Position numbers and translations under genes: made by a program
Shown: one piece after another, positions 30,386 to 40,568 of the stretch
Layout of the letters: the number at the start of each line of letters is the position of its first letter
Position numbering within the stretch: position 1 is the first letter of the stretch
DNA from: an uncultured Rivularia sp.
GTDB taxonomy: Bacteria > Cyanobacteriota > Cyanobacteriia > Cyanobacteriales > Nostocaceae
Assembly (NCBI GenBank): GCA_963665115.1
Contig: OY762007.1
Coordinates: 5,248,001 to 5,312,000, forward strand
Length of the DNA stretch: 64,000 nucleotides
Reading direction: 5' to 3'
The notes under the pieces: model-generated
Databases searched by the model: none
Seen by the model: the letters and a program-made list of their open reading frames with translations, nothing else
Told to the model about the DNA's origin: nothing

Positions 30386-32797
30386 CTACCCATTTGGGGT
30401 AGGTAATGGAGTTGAGCCAGGGATATTACCAGGGGTTGGTTGAATTAAAGGCTGGTTGGGAGTCAAGGAATCTTCAACGGGCACCGAAGTAGAAGAATCT
30501 TCAATCGCTGGAGCCGAACTATCTGCGGTTGAACATTGTTCTGAAGCAGTAGTTGGATCGCCTATTGAAGCATTGGATGGTGTAAGTTGTGAACTTTTTA
30601 ACCATACTTGTTCGCCCGGTTTGAGTAAGGTTTTGCTGCCAGTGGTTGCTGTGGGAGCAGACGAGTTAGACGAATCAATCGCCCCTTCGGCATCTCCCAC
30701 TGAGCATACCCTAATCCGTAACCAATAATCTTGTGATGATGAAATCCGCTGTTTCTGCACAACTTGTAACAAACTAGCAGGTGGTGCAAAAATTGGTAGT
30801 GGTTGAGCAGGTACATTGTCGGCAGGTGGCAACGTGCTTTTACTGAGGTCTAATTTTGCTTTGGCATTGATCAACCAGCCTTTATCAATTTGAGCAAGTC
30901 TTTTCGCATTATCCCCAGAAGTTTCCTTGGGGCTGCTCGACGGTGTTATTTGTGATTGTCCTACTTCTTTTGGCTGAGAATCGCGACTAAGCAATCCTTG
31001 CCGCCATAAATATCCTATACTACCCCCAACTATAGTTAATAAAGCAACTACTCCCAACATTAAGGGCAAACTCATGCCTTTGCGAGTAGTTTTTTCGGGA
31101 ATGACCTGAGTTTTCTGATTGGGAATATTTTGTGTGGCAGGGGCTAAACGTGAAGAATCCGCTACCGAAATTGAAGAAACGTCGGCTAGATTTGCCTCCA
31201 ATGCTAACTTTGGCTCTGAATATTTAGTTTGACAATGTATGGTGGCGATAGTCACGTTGTCATGACCGTTTTGATTGTTAGCAATCTCTAACAATTGCTT
31301 AGTAACGCTAACTACATCACCATTTTGATTGAGTAACGGTAAAATTTCTGTCTCCCAGTATTGTTCTACACGGTCGAAATCACTTAGACCATCCGAACAC
31401 AGTAGAAAAACGCAGTCTTCATCAATGATGAATCGCTGTGCCGTTGGGTGTAAAGCGCTACTCGCATTCATCCCCAATGCTTGTACCAAGGAACCAGAAG
31501 CAGCCTGACCTACGGCATCTCGATAAACCGCATAGCCAAGTCGCACTTCCCGTGAAGCCACATCATCGTCAAGAGTTATTTGATGACAGTTATTGCGTGT
31601 AATTAAGTAAGCACGACTGTCCCCTACATGGGTAATATACATTTCATGGGCAACAGGTAGCGCCATCACCACAGTAGTTCCCATGCGCTGCCGTCCTTGA
31701 CGATTTTCGCTATCGTTCAGCTGGCTAATTTTATCGTTGGCAATAGCAGCAGCTTGTTCCAAGTCTGCAAGTAATGCGTAAGGATTAATACGGTCCTCTG
31801 GCAAAGAAGCCAATTGCGCTACCTGCTGTTGAATTGTTTCAATCGCCGTTCTAGAAGCGACATCGCCCCCTTCATGTCCACCAATACCGTCACAAACGAT
31901 AGTCAAAGCTGATTTTGACGGTGGTTTAGAGATAGTAGTACCGCTTTGGGGATAACAAGAATCTTCATTTCGTTGGCGCGATGGTCCGGTATCTGTCAGC
32001 GCGAACACGTTGACTTTTGTCTTATTAGATCCACTTAAGGATGTTAATCCCTTATCTAAAAGGGCAGTCAACTGCTCGCCTGAACGTATTTCCCCTTCAA
32101 TCAATAAACGACAAACTTCGCCCATAAAATTGCGAATCGTCCCCACTGCGCCTTGATATAATTCTTCTCGCCAAAATTCTCCTAAAGCGGCCAACTTTGG
32201 TCTAGTTTCGCCATCAGAACTTAATTCTAATAAGCGTACTATCGAACCTTCCGTCCGAATTAATTTTTTTGTCAGTAAGCTAGAAGCAACACCAACAGTT
32301 GCCAAAGGTTGCCATAGCTGAGACATTTGCCACAGCCAATTTAGTTGTCGTAACGAATTTGCCTTCTTCCAAACATCTGTCAATTGCTCGCACAATTGCA
32401 CGGCAGGTGGTGATTCATGAAGAATAAGCGGAGGCTTTTCTAAAAGTAATATTTCTGTTTGGGTGTTCCCAGTATTTAGAGACAGCAGTCCGTAAACTTG
32501 AGGAACGTGTAGCCGATAGGGAATTAGTCTGAGATAGGATTTTATATCATCTAACTTTTGTTGTTCGGGTATTTGTGGCAAAATACCGGGTTTGGTATCT
32601 AATAAAACATTGTGTTTGATAATTAAATAACGCTCTTGTAGCAATTCCCCAGAGTTACCCACCGAATTGTCCGCCACAGCCCAAAGATAACGTTTGGGTA
32701 GGGGTGTGGAACATCGCTGGCAAAACTTGTGGGTAAGAGGGTTAGCAGCTTGACAAAGTTCGTTTGGACAGTAGAGCGTTGCCGCGTCATTTTCCAT
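30386..32797 (-). CDS. prpJ: PP2C-type Ser/Thr phosphatase with an N-terminal zinc ribbon and a TM helix (PrpJ1-like)
   Basis: CPNELC...FCQRC, RQRNED, VCDGIGGH, HVGDSRAY, CSDGL, GHDNVT, then a TM segment. Located next to ndhM and an asr1734-like gene. Confidence 0.85.
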   Translation of the reverse strand: MENDAATLYCPNELCQAANPLTHKFCQRCSTPLPKRYLWAVADNSVGNSGELLQERYLIIKHNVLLDTKPGILPQIPEQQKLDDIKSYLRLIPYRLHVPQVYGLLSLNTGNTQTEILLLEKPPLILHESPPAVQLCEQLTDVWKKANSLRQLNWLWQMSQLWQPLATVGVASSLLTKKLIRTEGSIVRLLELSSDGETRPKLAALGEFWREELYQGAVGTIRNFMGEVCRLLIEGEIRSGEQLTALLDKGLTSLSGSNKTKVNVFALTDTGPSRQRNEDSCYPQSGTTISKPPSKSALTIVCDGIGGHEGGDVASRTAIETIQQQVAQLASLPEDRINPYALLADLEQAAAIANDKISQLNDSENRQGRQRMGTTVVMALPVAHEMYITHVGDSRAYLITRNNCHQITLDDDVASREVRLGYAVYRDAVGQAASGSLVQALGMNASSALHPTAQRFIIDEDCVFLLCSDGLSDFDRVEQYWETEILPLLNQNGDVVSVTKQLLEIANNQNGHDNVTIATIHCQTKYSEPKLALEANLADVSSISVADSSRLAPATQNIPNQKTQVIPEKTTRKGMSLPLMLGVVALLTIVGGSIGYLWRQGLLSRDSQPKEVGQSQITPSSSPKETSGDNAKRLAQIDKGWLINAKAKLDLSKSTLPPADNVPAQPLPIFAPPASLLQVVQKQRISSSQDYWLRIRVCSVGDAEGAIDSSNSSAPTATTGSKTLLKPGEQVWLKSSQLTPSNASIGDPTTASEQCSTADSSAPAIEDSSTSVPVEDSLTPNQPLIQPTPGNIPGSTPLPTPNG

Positions 32798-33465
32798 AGT
32801 TTCCCACCGAGAAGGCGAAAGGCTTCATTTTTGTTTATTCATAGAGAACGGCTTTCTAAACCGCTCGCGTTCGCATAAAACGATATATTCCATTTTGACT
32901 CGGGATTTTATAACAGACACCCTTAATAGATAGGCAGCATGAAAGTTTATAAATCTAGCCAGTTAATTAGTCATGATACGTCTTTTAGAGAAAGTATATA
33001 AAAAATTACCACCTCTGGGACGATGCTTATACTATTTTGTAGGCAAGCAGAATCATATAAAGAGTCTTGCCATACACTTTATTGAATATTATTTCTTTAT
33101 CTATTTTCTATATATATACCTACTTTACAAATCATTAGACGATAGTCAGTTAAGTATTTATGTTATTACTAGTTCTTTTAGTCACTTAAATGCATCAGCA
33201 ATTCGACTGCAATTTACAAGCTTGAAGGGTTTGCTTGTCTTGATTGAAGTCGTACCTCACGTATTTTAATTAATCTGGAATGCAGGGGCTACAACAAGCG
33301 AGTACTAGAACTATAGGCGCTTGATGAAGTTTTAGGTACAGCTAGAGATATTACCTCGATTATGTAGATAAATCTTTAATGTATCAAGCAAAGAGTTAAC
33401 TGTTTTGTTACAGTCGCGGAACTGCTTTACTCATAAAGAACATAAAGTTGGTGTAAAGATTTAGA

Positions 33466-33504
33466 AGTTATTTGAGGTGAATCTATTGCTCACCTCAAAT
33501 AACT
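33466..33504. terminator. Inverted repeat downstream of ndhM
   Basis: AGTTATTTGAGGTGA...TCACCTCAAATAACT, perfect 15-bp stem. Confidence 0.65.
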
Positions 33505-33559
33505 GACCATAGACATCTTTATAAATTTTTAAAGATTGGGGGTTACGAAGAGCAGGAAT

Positions 33560-33916
33560 TTAATTACTTTCCGATCCTGCTACTCGTGGAAGTCCCATAC
33601 TATAGTTATTGACTCTTGCCGATATGTTATAGCTAATGGAGCCTTTCTGTAAAAGCGAACGCACTAAATGTTCTAAGTCTGAGCCAATGCGACGCAGATT
33701 GTAGTCAGTTAGGTCTTCACCGCTGTTAGCTTCAACTAATTCATCAAATTTACGATATATAACCTGTAAAGTGTCTTCACTCCAAGTAAATTCATTATCT
33801 GGATCGATATCCAAGGTCAAGACCTGATTGCTAGGAACCAATTCGCCATCCTCAACTTCTGCCGCAAAAATACGGATATGGCGAGTTGTGGATTTAAGCA
33901 GCATCTGGTTATCCAT
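33560..33916 (-). CDS. ndhM: NAD(P)H-quinone oxidoreductase subunit M
   Basis: [34 protein letters not shown] and NYSMGLPR motifs. Confidence 0.93.
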   Translation of the reverse strand: MDNQMLLKSTTRHIRIFAAEVEDGELVPSNQVLTLDIDPDNEFTWSEDTLQVIYRKFDELVEANSGEDLTDYNLRRIGSDLEHLVRSLLQKGSISYNISARVNNYSMGLPRVAGSESN

Positions 33917-34822
33917 AGGAGGCTTTCGTTTTCTAATAGTTAAGTAACACTCCAATTATTGTAAACTCTAAATTCCTGCTTGAAACCTCCTGCTGATTAT
34001 TGCTTGCATCAAAGTCCATTGCTTGCATCAAAGTCCTCTTATTCTTGCTATCCAAATCGTAGATTTTTGTACGGGCTAGCAAATAAACCCGCCTTCTGCA
34101 TTTCTAAATTTCTAGTTTAATTGCTCAATGCAGCAGTATTTTCATGAATTGGGGAACCACGAATTTATCATTACGGTCAGTCTGGTAAGCTTGAATCGGC
34201 ATAAACACAGAGGCATATTTTTAGAAGGTGGAAATTCTAAGTATTCTGCCTTATGTTTTATTAAGAAGAAATATTTTAGCTAATGTGCTAATTGATGCTC
34301 GGATACTAAATTTACCCTTAAAAGTTTTGGTCTTAAAGGCCTCCGCGTGTTTTTTTTATGAATATAACTTACATCTAGTATTTTCACGGAATTGCTAAAC
34401 AACAACCATAGGCTATAGTCTAATAAAATGATTTCAGCGTTTTTACTTACGTAGTATTACTTCAGTTTTAGTTAAAAGTAAAACTGTTATTGACGTGGAG
34501 ATAAGTTTGATGTAAAAACCTTTAAAAAGCGATAGCAAGTTCTTACAGAAACTTCATTGTATAGAAGTTTAAAAACTGAATAATAGTTTAGGGTTTGCTA
34601 AAACAGTTGATGGTGCATGAATATAAAATTAGAGAATCAGTTAGTCTACCGACAAACCAACTTTCCCGGAGAGTGAAATGCAATACAAATAAGCATGGAT
34701 GATTTTTCTTCTTGCAAAGTCGCACGCTACTTTTCGATTTCAAACAAAATATAAAGAACTTTTGCTTGAGATGAAACTCCTCACCCCTATGACCACCGAC
34801 GAGTAAAGGAATCGTAAAAATT

Positions 34823-35104
34823 ATGAACTCGAAAGCATTACCACGCCAAATAAACAACCCCGATGTCGGTGTTTATGAATGCGAAATCAACCTCAAATTC
34901 CGATTGATTGAGGAAAAGAGTTTATTGCGCGATCGCGATCAGCTCTTGCAAGTGCTTCTAGAAGCTTTGGCAGAAGGTTCTGACGACTTCTTAGAGATGT
35001 TGCAGCAGGTTGTAAAGGTTCACCAGACAACAGAGTTAAAAGCCTCACCGCAAATGCGTCGTCAGCTTATGCGGTTGCGTAACTCCAACGAAATGAACCA
35101 ATAG
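34823..35104 (+). CDS. Asr1734/Npun_R1517 family heterocyst-differentiation regulator
   Basis: MNSKALPRQINN...VGVYECEINLKFRLIEEK...ASPQMRRQLMRLRN, divergent from ndhM. Confidence 0.85.
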   Translation: MNSKALPRQINNPDVGVYECEINLKFRLIEEKSLLRDRDQLLQVLLEALAEGSDDFLEMLQQVVKVHQTTELKASPQMRRQLMRLRNSNEMNQ

Positions 35105-36001
35105 CTAACACGACCATGTAAATATATGGTTCTATAAACTAGCAATTGAGAAGAACACAATTGGTAAATTCTTAAGTCCAAATCCGAAACTTAATTTTTT
35201 CCACAACAAGTTAACTGGTATTAATCGAGCAACTATGTTCACAAAGCTAGGTTTTGCCATGTATTCTCGAAACGTCACCTACATAGTGCGTCTACCCGGC
35301 ATCTACGCATTTTTATGACAGGGTTGCGTCTACAGTAACCGAAAGTTCAGTTCATCATATTGCAATACAAATAAATCGGGTGCCTACTAAGACGGCAATT
35401 GTCTTTGCTATTACGGAGCCGGTTACGGTCTACGAAGAATATTGACATACCAGGGAAGAAAATATTGATAATTGCATGACCGTCGCGGTAGTATTCGTAC
35501 CCTCCTTTATTGTTGGCACACAAATGCTCATTACGGCTCACGTCCGACATTACTTAAAAAGCATCTCACAATCCTTTCTACTTTGTTCATGGCTGGATAT
35601 TCGATAAGCCATTCTTTACAGTTCCCGAAATTTTGTGTATCTAGAGTTGAGATTATGAGCATGCGTGGGATAAGGCAGAAAGTAACAACTCTTTTCCCAT
35701 GCATACTTTCAGAATACTTAAAAAGTGTCAGTATCCGTATAGCTCAGTTTATTAAACAAGTTACTTTGTAAATAATATACATAGCTGTATATTGTTTATG
35801 TCTAATGACCTTAGTTTATAAGCAAGGTTCTATCAGCTTCAAATAAAGGATATTCCAAATTTTAATTGTTGCTACAGATAGTTTATCTGACGATTTACTA
35901 CCTAATAATCGCTCATATTTTAATACCTGTAAATACGAAATATTACTTAATATGGTGCCGGTTTATTAAAGCAAATTCTCTGCTTTCCATATTTTGTTCG
36001 G

Positions 36002-36697
36002 CTAATTAGCCAAACCATGTTCCAAGGCAAATCTAACCAACTCAGTACGGCTATTCGTCCCAGTTTTGCTAAACAAACGACTAACGTATTTCTCGACATT
36101 GCGAACGCTGGTATCTAAGCGACGAGCAATTTCTTTATTCATTAATCCTTCAGCAACCAAATTCAAAACACTTTGTTCTCTAGGAGTCAAGTCAATATTG
36201 AAAGGTGGGCTTGTTTGAGTAATAGCATTTTTTTGAGTCAGCAACGCCTCGATTCGAGCCATCTGAGACGCTAATTCGGCTAAATCTGGGGTTTCCCCTT
36301 CCTCGACACTGGAAGTAGTCTTAGCAGCACGACGAGCAATCAAATTTTCCACAATTGCCACTAACTCATCTGGATCGAAGGGTTTAGGTAAATAAGCATC
36401 AACACCAGCTTGATAGCCTTGAATGCGATCGCCAGTCATGCCTTTTGCAGTTAGAAATATGACTGGTAACGTTTTAAAACGAGTATCATCCCGGAGTTGC
36501 TTGAGAAATTGATAGCCATCCACTTGAGGCATCATAATATCGGAGATGACTAAATCGGGGTTATTTTGCTGCATCCAATCCCAAGCATCACTAGCGTTAC
36601 TGGCGACTTGAACGTTAAAATTACTAGCTTCCAAGTAATCTTTTACGGCTTCGCGCAATCCGGGTTCATCATCTACCAGTAACAATTGTGCTGTCAT
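36002..36697 (-). CDS. NarL/LuxR family response regulator (Ycf29-like)
   Basis: LLVDDE, SDIMMP, KPF receiver motifs and LTPRE...GLMNKEIA HTH. Confidence 0.92.
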   Translation of the reverse strand: MTAQLLLVDDEPGLREAVKDYLEASNFNVQVASNASDAWDWMQQNNPDLVISDIMMPQVDGYQFLKQLRDDTRFKTLPVIFLTAKGMTGDRIQGYQAGVDAYLPKPFDPDELVAIVENLIARRAAKTTSSVEEGETPDLAELASQMARIEALLTQKNAITQTSPPFNIDLTPREQSVLNLVAEGLMNKEIARRLDTSVRNVEKYVSRLFSKTGTNSRTELVRFALEHGLAN

Positions 36698-36917
36698 CTC
36701 AATTTTCCTGTATTGTACATTTTCCAATTTAGCGAAATTTGGCGACAGTTTACTGATGTTGTTAGTTGTTAGCTGTTAGTTGCTAGTTGTTAGCTGCGTC
36801 TCGCTATACCATCTGTGTACCAAATAACCCAGTTTCGCTATAATTCGGAGTTAAGAGTACGCAAAACTGTGAAATTACCCATCTCCTACTAACTACTAAC
36901 TACTAACTACTAACTCT

Positions 36918-37886
36918 TCAAAGCCATTCAATTTTCTTGGCTTGAGGAGGTAATTGTGCTTGCTGCTGTCCTAAATAACGCGCTCTAGCGGTAAATAAGC
37001 CAATTGGTGTATTCGCAAAGTCTAAGAAACTGGCTTCACCTAATAAAGCTTTGACACTGGTTTTGGGCACTTCCTTGAGCAACCAGCGGCATAGGCGATA
37101 GTAACATTCATGTTTGGTTATTTCGCGCATCAATTCTACATCGTGTAGTTCGTGGAGATAGCTATTGGAGCGCCCATAACGTTGCCACTGACTATAAAGC
37201 TCTTTTAATGTGGTTCGATGACGATGCTGCACGATTGCTTCGGGAGCAAATTCTAAACTTCCAATTTCAAGTTGCAAAATTCGCCAGCATATATCAGCAT
37301 CACCCCCGGTTGTTAAATAGGGACGAAATAATCCTGTTTTTTCTAAAGTCAATCGGCGAATTGCTAAATTTGCAGTTTGTCCGTAAGCACAAAATTTATT
37401 CGCTAATGTATGCTTTTGCGATAATGTTTCTTGTTTATCTGCGTATCTTTCTAAAAAAGTATTACCAGCTAAAGCCGTAATTTCACCAGCGACGATTACT
37501 ATATTTTGATTGATAAAAGGCTGAACTAATTCTTCTAACCACTGTGGCTGTGGACGACAATCAGCATCGGTAAAAGCAATTATTTCGCCCACGGCTTCAC
37601 GAATACCAGTATTACGTGCAGCGTAAGAGCTTTGAATTTCTTTTTCGCTCAAAGCGCGAATGTTTATGGGGCAATTTAAGACAGTTGATTTTAATAATTC
37701 AGAAGTACCATCGCTACTGTTATTGTCTACCAATAAATACTCTACCCGTTCTTTTGGATAGGTTTGAGCCAATAGACAGTTAATTAGTTCTGGGATATCT
37801 GCCGTACCGTTATAAATAGGAACCACCACCGATACCTGGGGTTTAAAGGTATTGGTAGCGGTTGTCTTAGATGACTCGTTATTCAT
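36918..37886 (-). CDS. Glycosyltransferase family 2
   Basis: VVVPIYN, VDNNSSDG, ARNTG, FTDADC and QWQRY motifs. Confidence 0.92.
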   Translation of the reverse strand: MNNESSKTTATNTFKPQVSVVVPIYNGTADIPELINCLLAQTYPKERVEYLLVDNNSSDGTSELLKSTVLNCPINIRALSEKEIQSSYAARNTGIREAVGEIIAFTDADCRPQPQWLEELVQPFINQNIVIVAGEITALAGNTFLERYADKQETLSQKHTLANKFCAYGQTANLAIRRLTLEKTGLFRPYLTTGGDADICWRILQLEIGSLEFAPEAIVQHRHRTTLKELYSQWQRYGRSNSYLHELHDVELMREITKHECYYRLCRWLLKEVPKTSVKALLGEASFLDFANTPIGLFTARARYLGQQQAQLPPQAKKIEWL

Positions 37887-37951
37887 GAATTCGAGATTTT
37901 AGACTAGGAATTATTGGTTAGAAGGTGAAAAACTACTAACCTTTACTTTCA

Positions 37952-37960
37952 AGTATTCCC
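37952..37960 (-). promoter_or_regulatory. Candidate SigJ promoter (J-box GGGAATACT) upstream of the GT2 gene
   Basis: Exact GGGAATACT on the minus strand, 65 nt upstream of the start codon. Confidence 0.5.
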
Positions 37961-38154
37961 AATCTAAAAACCATTATCAATAATTTTTTAAAATCAAGAA
38001 AACAACAAGAACTCAAAATCTCAATTTAACGATCGCGGGCAATCAGTTTTAAAATCTTTCTGAGTTTAAAGAAAATATCGGCATTAGTAATAGGTTAAAA
38101 TACCCATCCTACGCCGCTATAACTGATAAGCCGCATTCTGCTAGCAAAAACTGA

Positions 38155-39484
38155 TTAACGTTTGTGAAGCTGCGAAGGTTTGCGAGAAAATTGATTTTGC
38201 TCCTGAGATGCAAAGCTGTTGTTTGATAAAATCGATAGCGCTCGCGAATAATGAGGATCTTTATTTGTACCTAGCAATCTCGGATCGGAAGCAAGCTGAC
38301 GTTGCTGAGATGCTGTTAAATCAATTTCTACATCGGGTGTAATACCCTTTTTATTTATATCGGTTCCTTTGGGAGTGTAGTAATGAGCAACAGTAATAGC
38401 GACACCGGAAACCATCCGCTAATTCGTGAACTGATTGTACTAATGCTTTACCAAAGGTTTTTGAGCCAATTACGGTTGCTCGCTTGTTATCTTTGAGTGC
38501 GCCTGTAAGAATTTCACTCGCACTAGCTGAATTACTATCCACTAAGACTACTAACGGACGATTTGTCAAGGCTGTGCTGTTGGCTTTTGTTAATTCGCTT
38601 CCACCTTTGCGATCTTCAGTGCGAACAATTGAACCTTCATCAAGCCACATCCGAGCAATTTCAATGCTTGCGTTTAACAAACCACCGGGATTTCCCCGCA
38701 AGTCTAATACAAAGCCGTCAACGTTACTGGCATTCAATTTACGGATAGCTCGATCCATTTGTTCTGCTGCATGAGCGCTAAATTCCCGCAAACGTATATA
38801 GCCTACCTGACGATTACCTTCTTTTCTAAGGGTGTAACGCACGGTTGGTACTTCAATAGTCGCCCGCGTCAGCTTGACATCAAATGCTCTTTGAGTAGAT
38901 CTTCCCAAGCGCAAATTAATAGACGTACCCACCTTACCTCGAATTGATTCGGAGGCATCCTCTATTTTCATATTCTTGGTGGATTTTCCGTCAATCGCCA
39001 GAATTACATCGCCTTCTTTAATACCCGCTTTCAATGCTGGAGAATTTTCTAAAGCTTCTACAACCGTTAAAAGCTGGGTTGTTTGATTTATCTCCATACG
39101 AATACCAATCCCGGAAACTTCCCCAGAAGTCTGAGATGTAAGAGTTTGATACTCTTTGGGGTCCATAAAACGAGTGTATGGATCGCCCAATCTTTTTAAA
39201 GTTTGACGAACGGCAACGTAAGCTTGCTCGCGAGAGGTATAATTCTTGCTAAGTAAAGTTTGTCTAGCGGTTTGCCAGTCTTGGTTATTAAATGAACCGT
39301 CTACGTACTCGCGATTAACTAATTGCCATACTTGGTCAACAATCGCTTTGGGACTATCCTGTAGAGCAGCACGAACGGAACGACACCAAACTGGACCAAA
39401 TACAGACACTGCTGCTGTAGTGGCTATTGCTCCACCAATAACAGCCGATCGCAATGGCGAGTAACGTTTCGCTGATTGTTTCAT
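38155..39484 (-). CDS. ctpB: Carboxyl-terminal processing protease (S41), with an apparent +1 frameshift at 38409-38411
   Basis: PDZ domain (GIGI), LDLRGNPGG, SASASE and TFGKALVQ. The C-terminus SGVAITVAHYYTP...GITPD is in the adjacent frame. Confidence 0.85.
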
Positions 39485-39810
39485 GTATATTTGCACGAAT
39501 AATGGTGTTTTTGACAGTTTAGCAATTCAGATCGTCGAGAAGCCGGTCCGTTTTGCTAGGTTAATATTTGAACCAACTGATACTTAGTGTTGGAAATTTT
39601 TCTTAAAACACGCTTAATAGCTCTTGACAATAGCTTCTTAAGTTAGTCAATTTCCTCCGCAAGCTTAATTGATTATTATGCCACTTTCATCAGTGTCATA
39701 CTAGCAACCAATTTTACTTGTCATAAGAGAGGTTATCGCCGGAGCTATATTAGTTACATTAACTTTGGATTTTACCCAAGCTACTATTAACCATTTTATT
39801 CAGGTTTGCC

Positions 39811-40521
39811 ATGAATCGTAAAGTAAAAAATGACAGATTTTTTCAAATAAAAAGTCAATATCAAAAACGGTGGCGTTTTTTACGAAAATTTACGATTGGT
39901 GTTGCCTTACTAATTTCTATTTGGTTATTTTTTACTACTATAGCTGTCTTTATTGCATCTTCCAAGCCTGTAGATGCCTTTTTTGTTTTGGGTGGAAGTA
40001 TTAAAAGAGAAATGTATGTTGCACAGCTAGCGCAAAAATATCCGCAAGTTCCAATTTTAATTTCTAGCGGTTCTAAAGACCCTTGTATTTGGCTAATTTT
40101 TCAACGGCAAATTGCACCTATGGACAATGTTTGGTTAGAAAAATGTGCGGATTCTACTTTTGATAACTTTTACTATAGTATTCCAATTTTACAGCGATGG
40201 GGTGTGCGTAAAGTGAGATTAATTACCTCTACAACACATTTGCCAAGAGCTAAATTGATGGCACAAATACTCCTCGGTTCTCATCGAATGTGGGTAGAAC
40301 CTGACATAATTCAAGAACAAGGCATTCCCGGAAATCGCGAGTATGGCTGGAAAACTGCTTTAGATGTTACCCGAAGCATATTTTGGGCAGGTATTAGTCA
40401 AGTCATCAAACCACAATGTTCTAACGTAATACAACTTAATAAAGTGAATTTACAAGAATGGCAAAATCGCGGCTTTAAATGCGAACATCAAGGAAATTTG
40501 GGAGTAGGGAGTAGGGAGTAG
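39811..40521 (+). CDS. YdcF/DUF218 family membrane protein
   Basis: N-terminal TM, VLGG, ISSG, ADSTFDN and ITSTTHLPRA motifs. Confidence 0.85.
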   Translation: MNRKVKNDRFFQIKSQYQKRWRFLRKFTIGVALLISIWLFFTTIAVFIASSKPVDAFFVLGGSIKREMYVAQLAQKYPQVPILISSGSKDPCIWLIFQRQIAPMDNVWLEKCADSTFDNFYYSIPILQRWGVRKVRLITSTTHLPRAKLMAQILLGSHRMWVEPDIIQEQGIPGNREYGWKTALDVTRSIFWAGISQVIKPQCSNVIQLNKVNLQEWQNRGFKCEHQGNLGVGSRE

Positions 40522-40568
40522 AGATTCAGGAGTTCGGAGTTCGGATTTAAACTGCTCATTGCTCACTG

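Noticed and set aside
32973..33269. 98-aa ORF between prpJ and ndhM (and 55886-56080, 34588-34857, 35472-35771)
   Set aside because: Low-complexity AT-rich translations with no RBS or family motifs. Probably promoter or spacer DNA.
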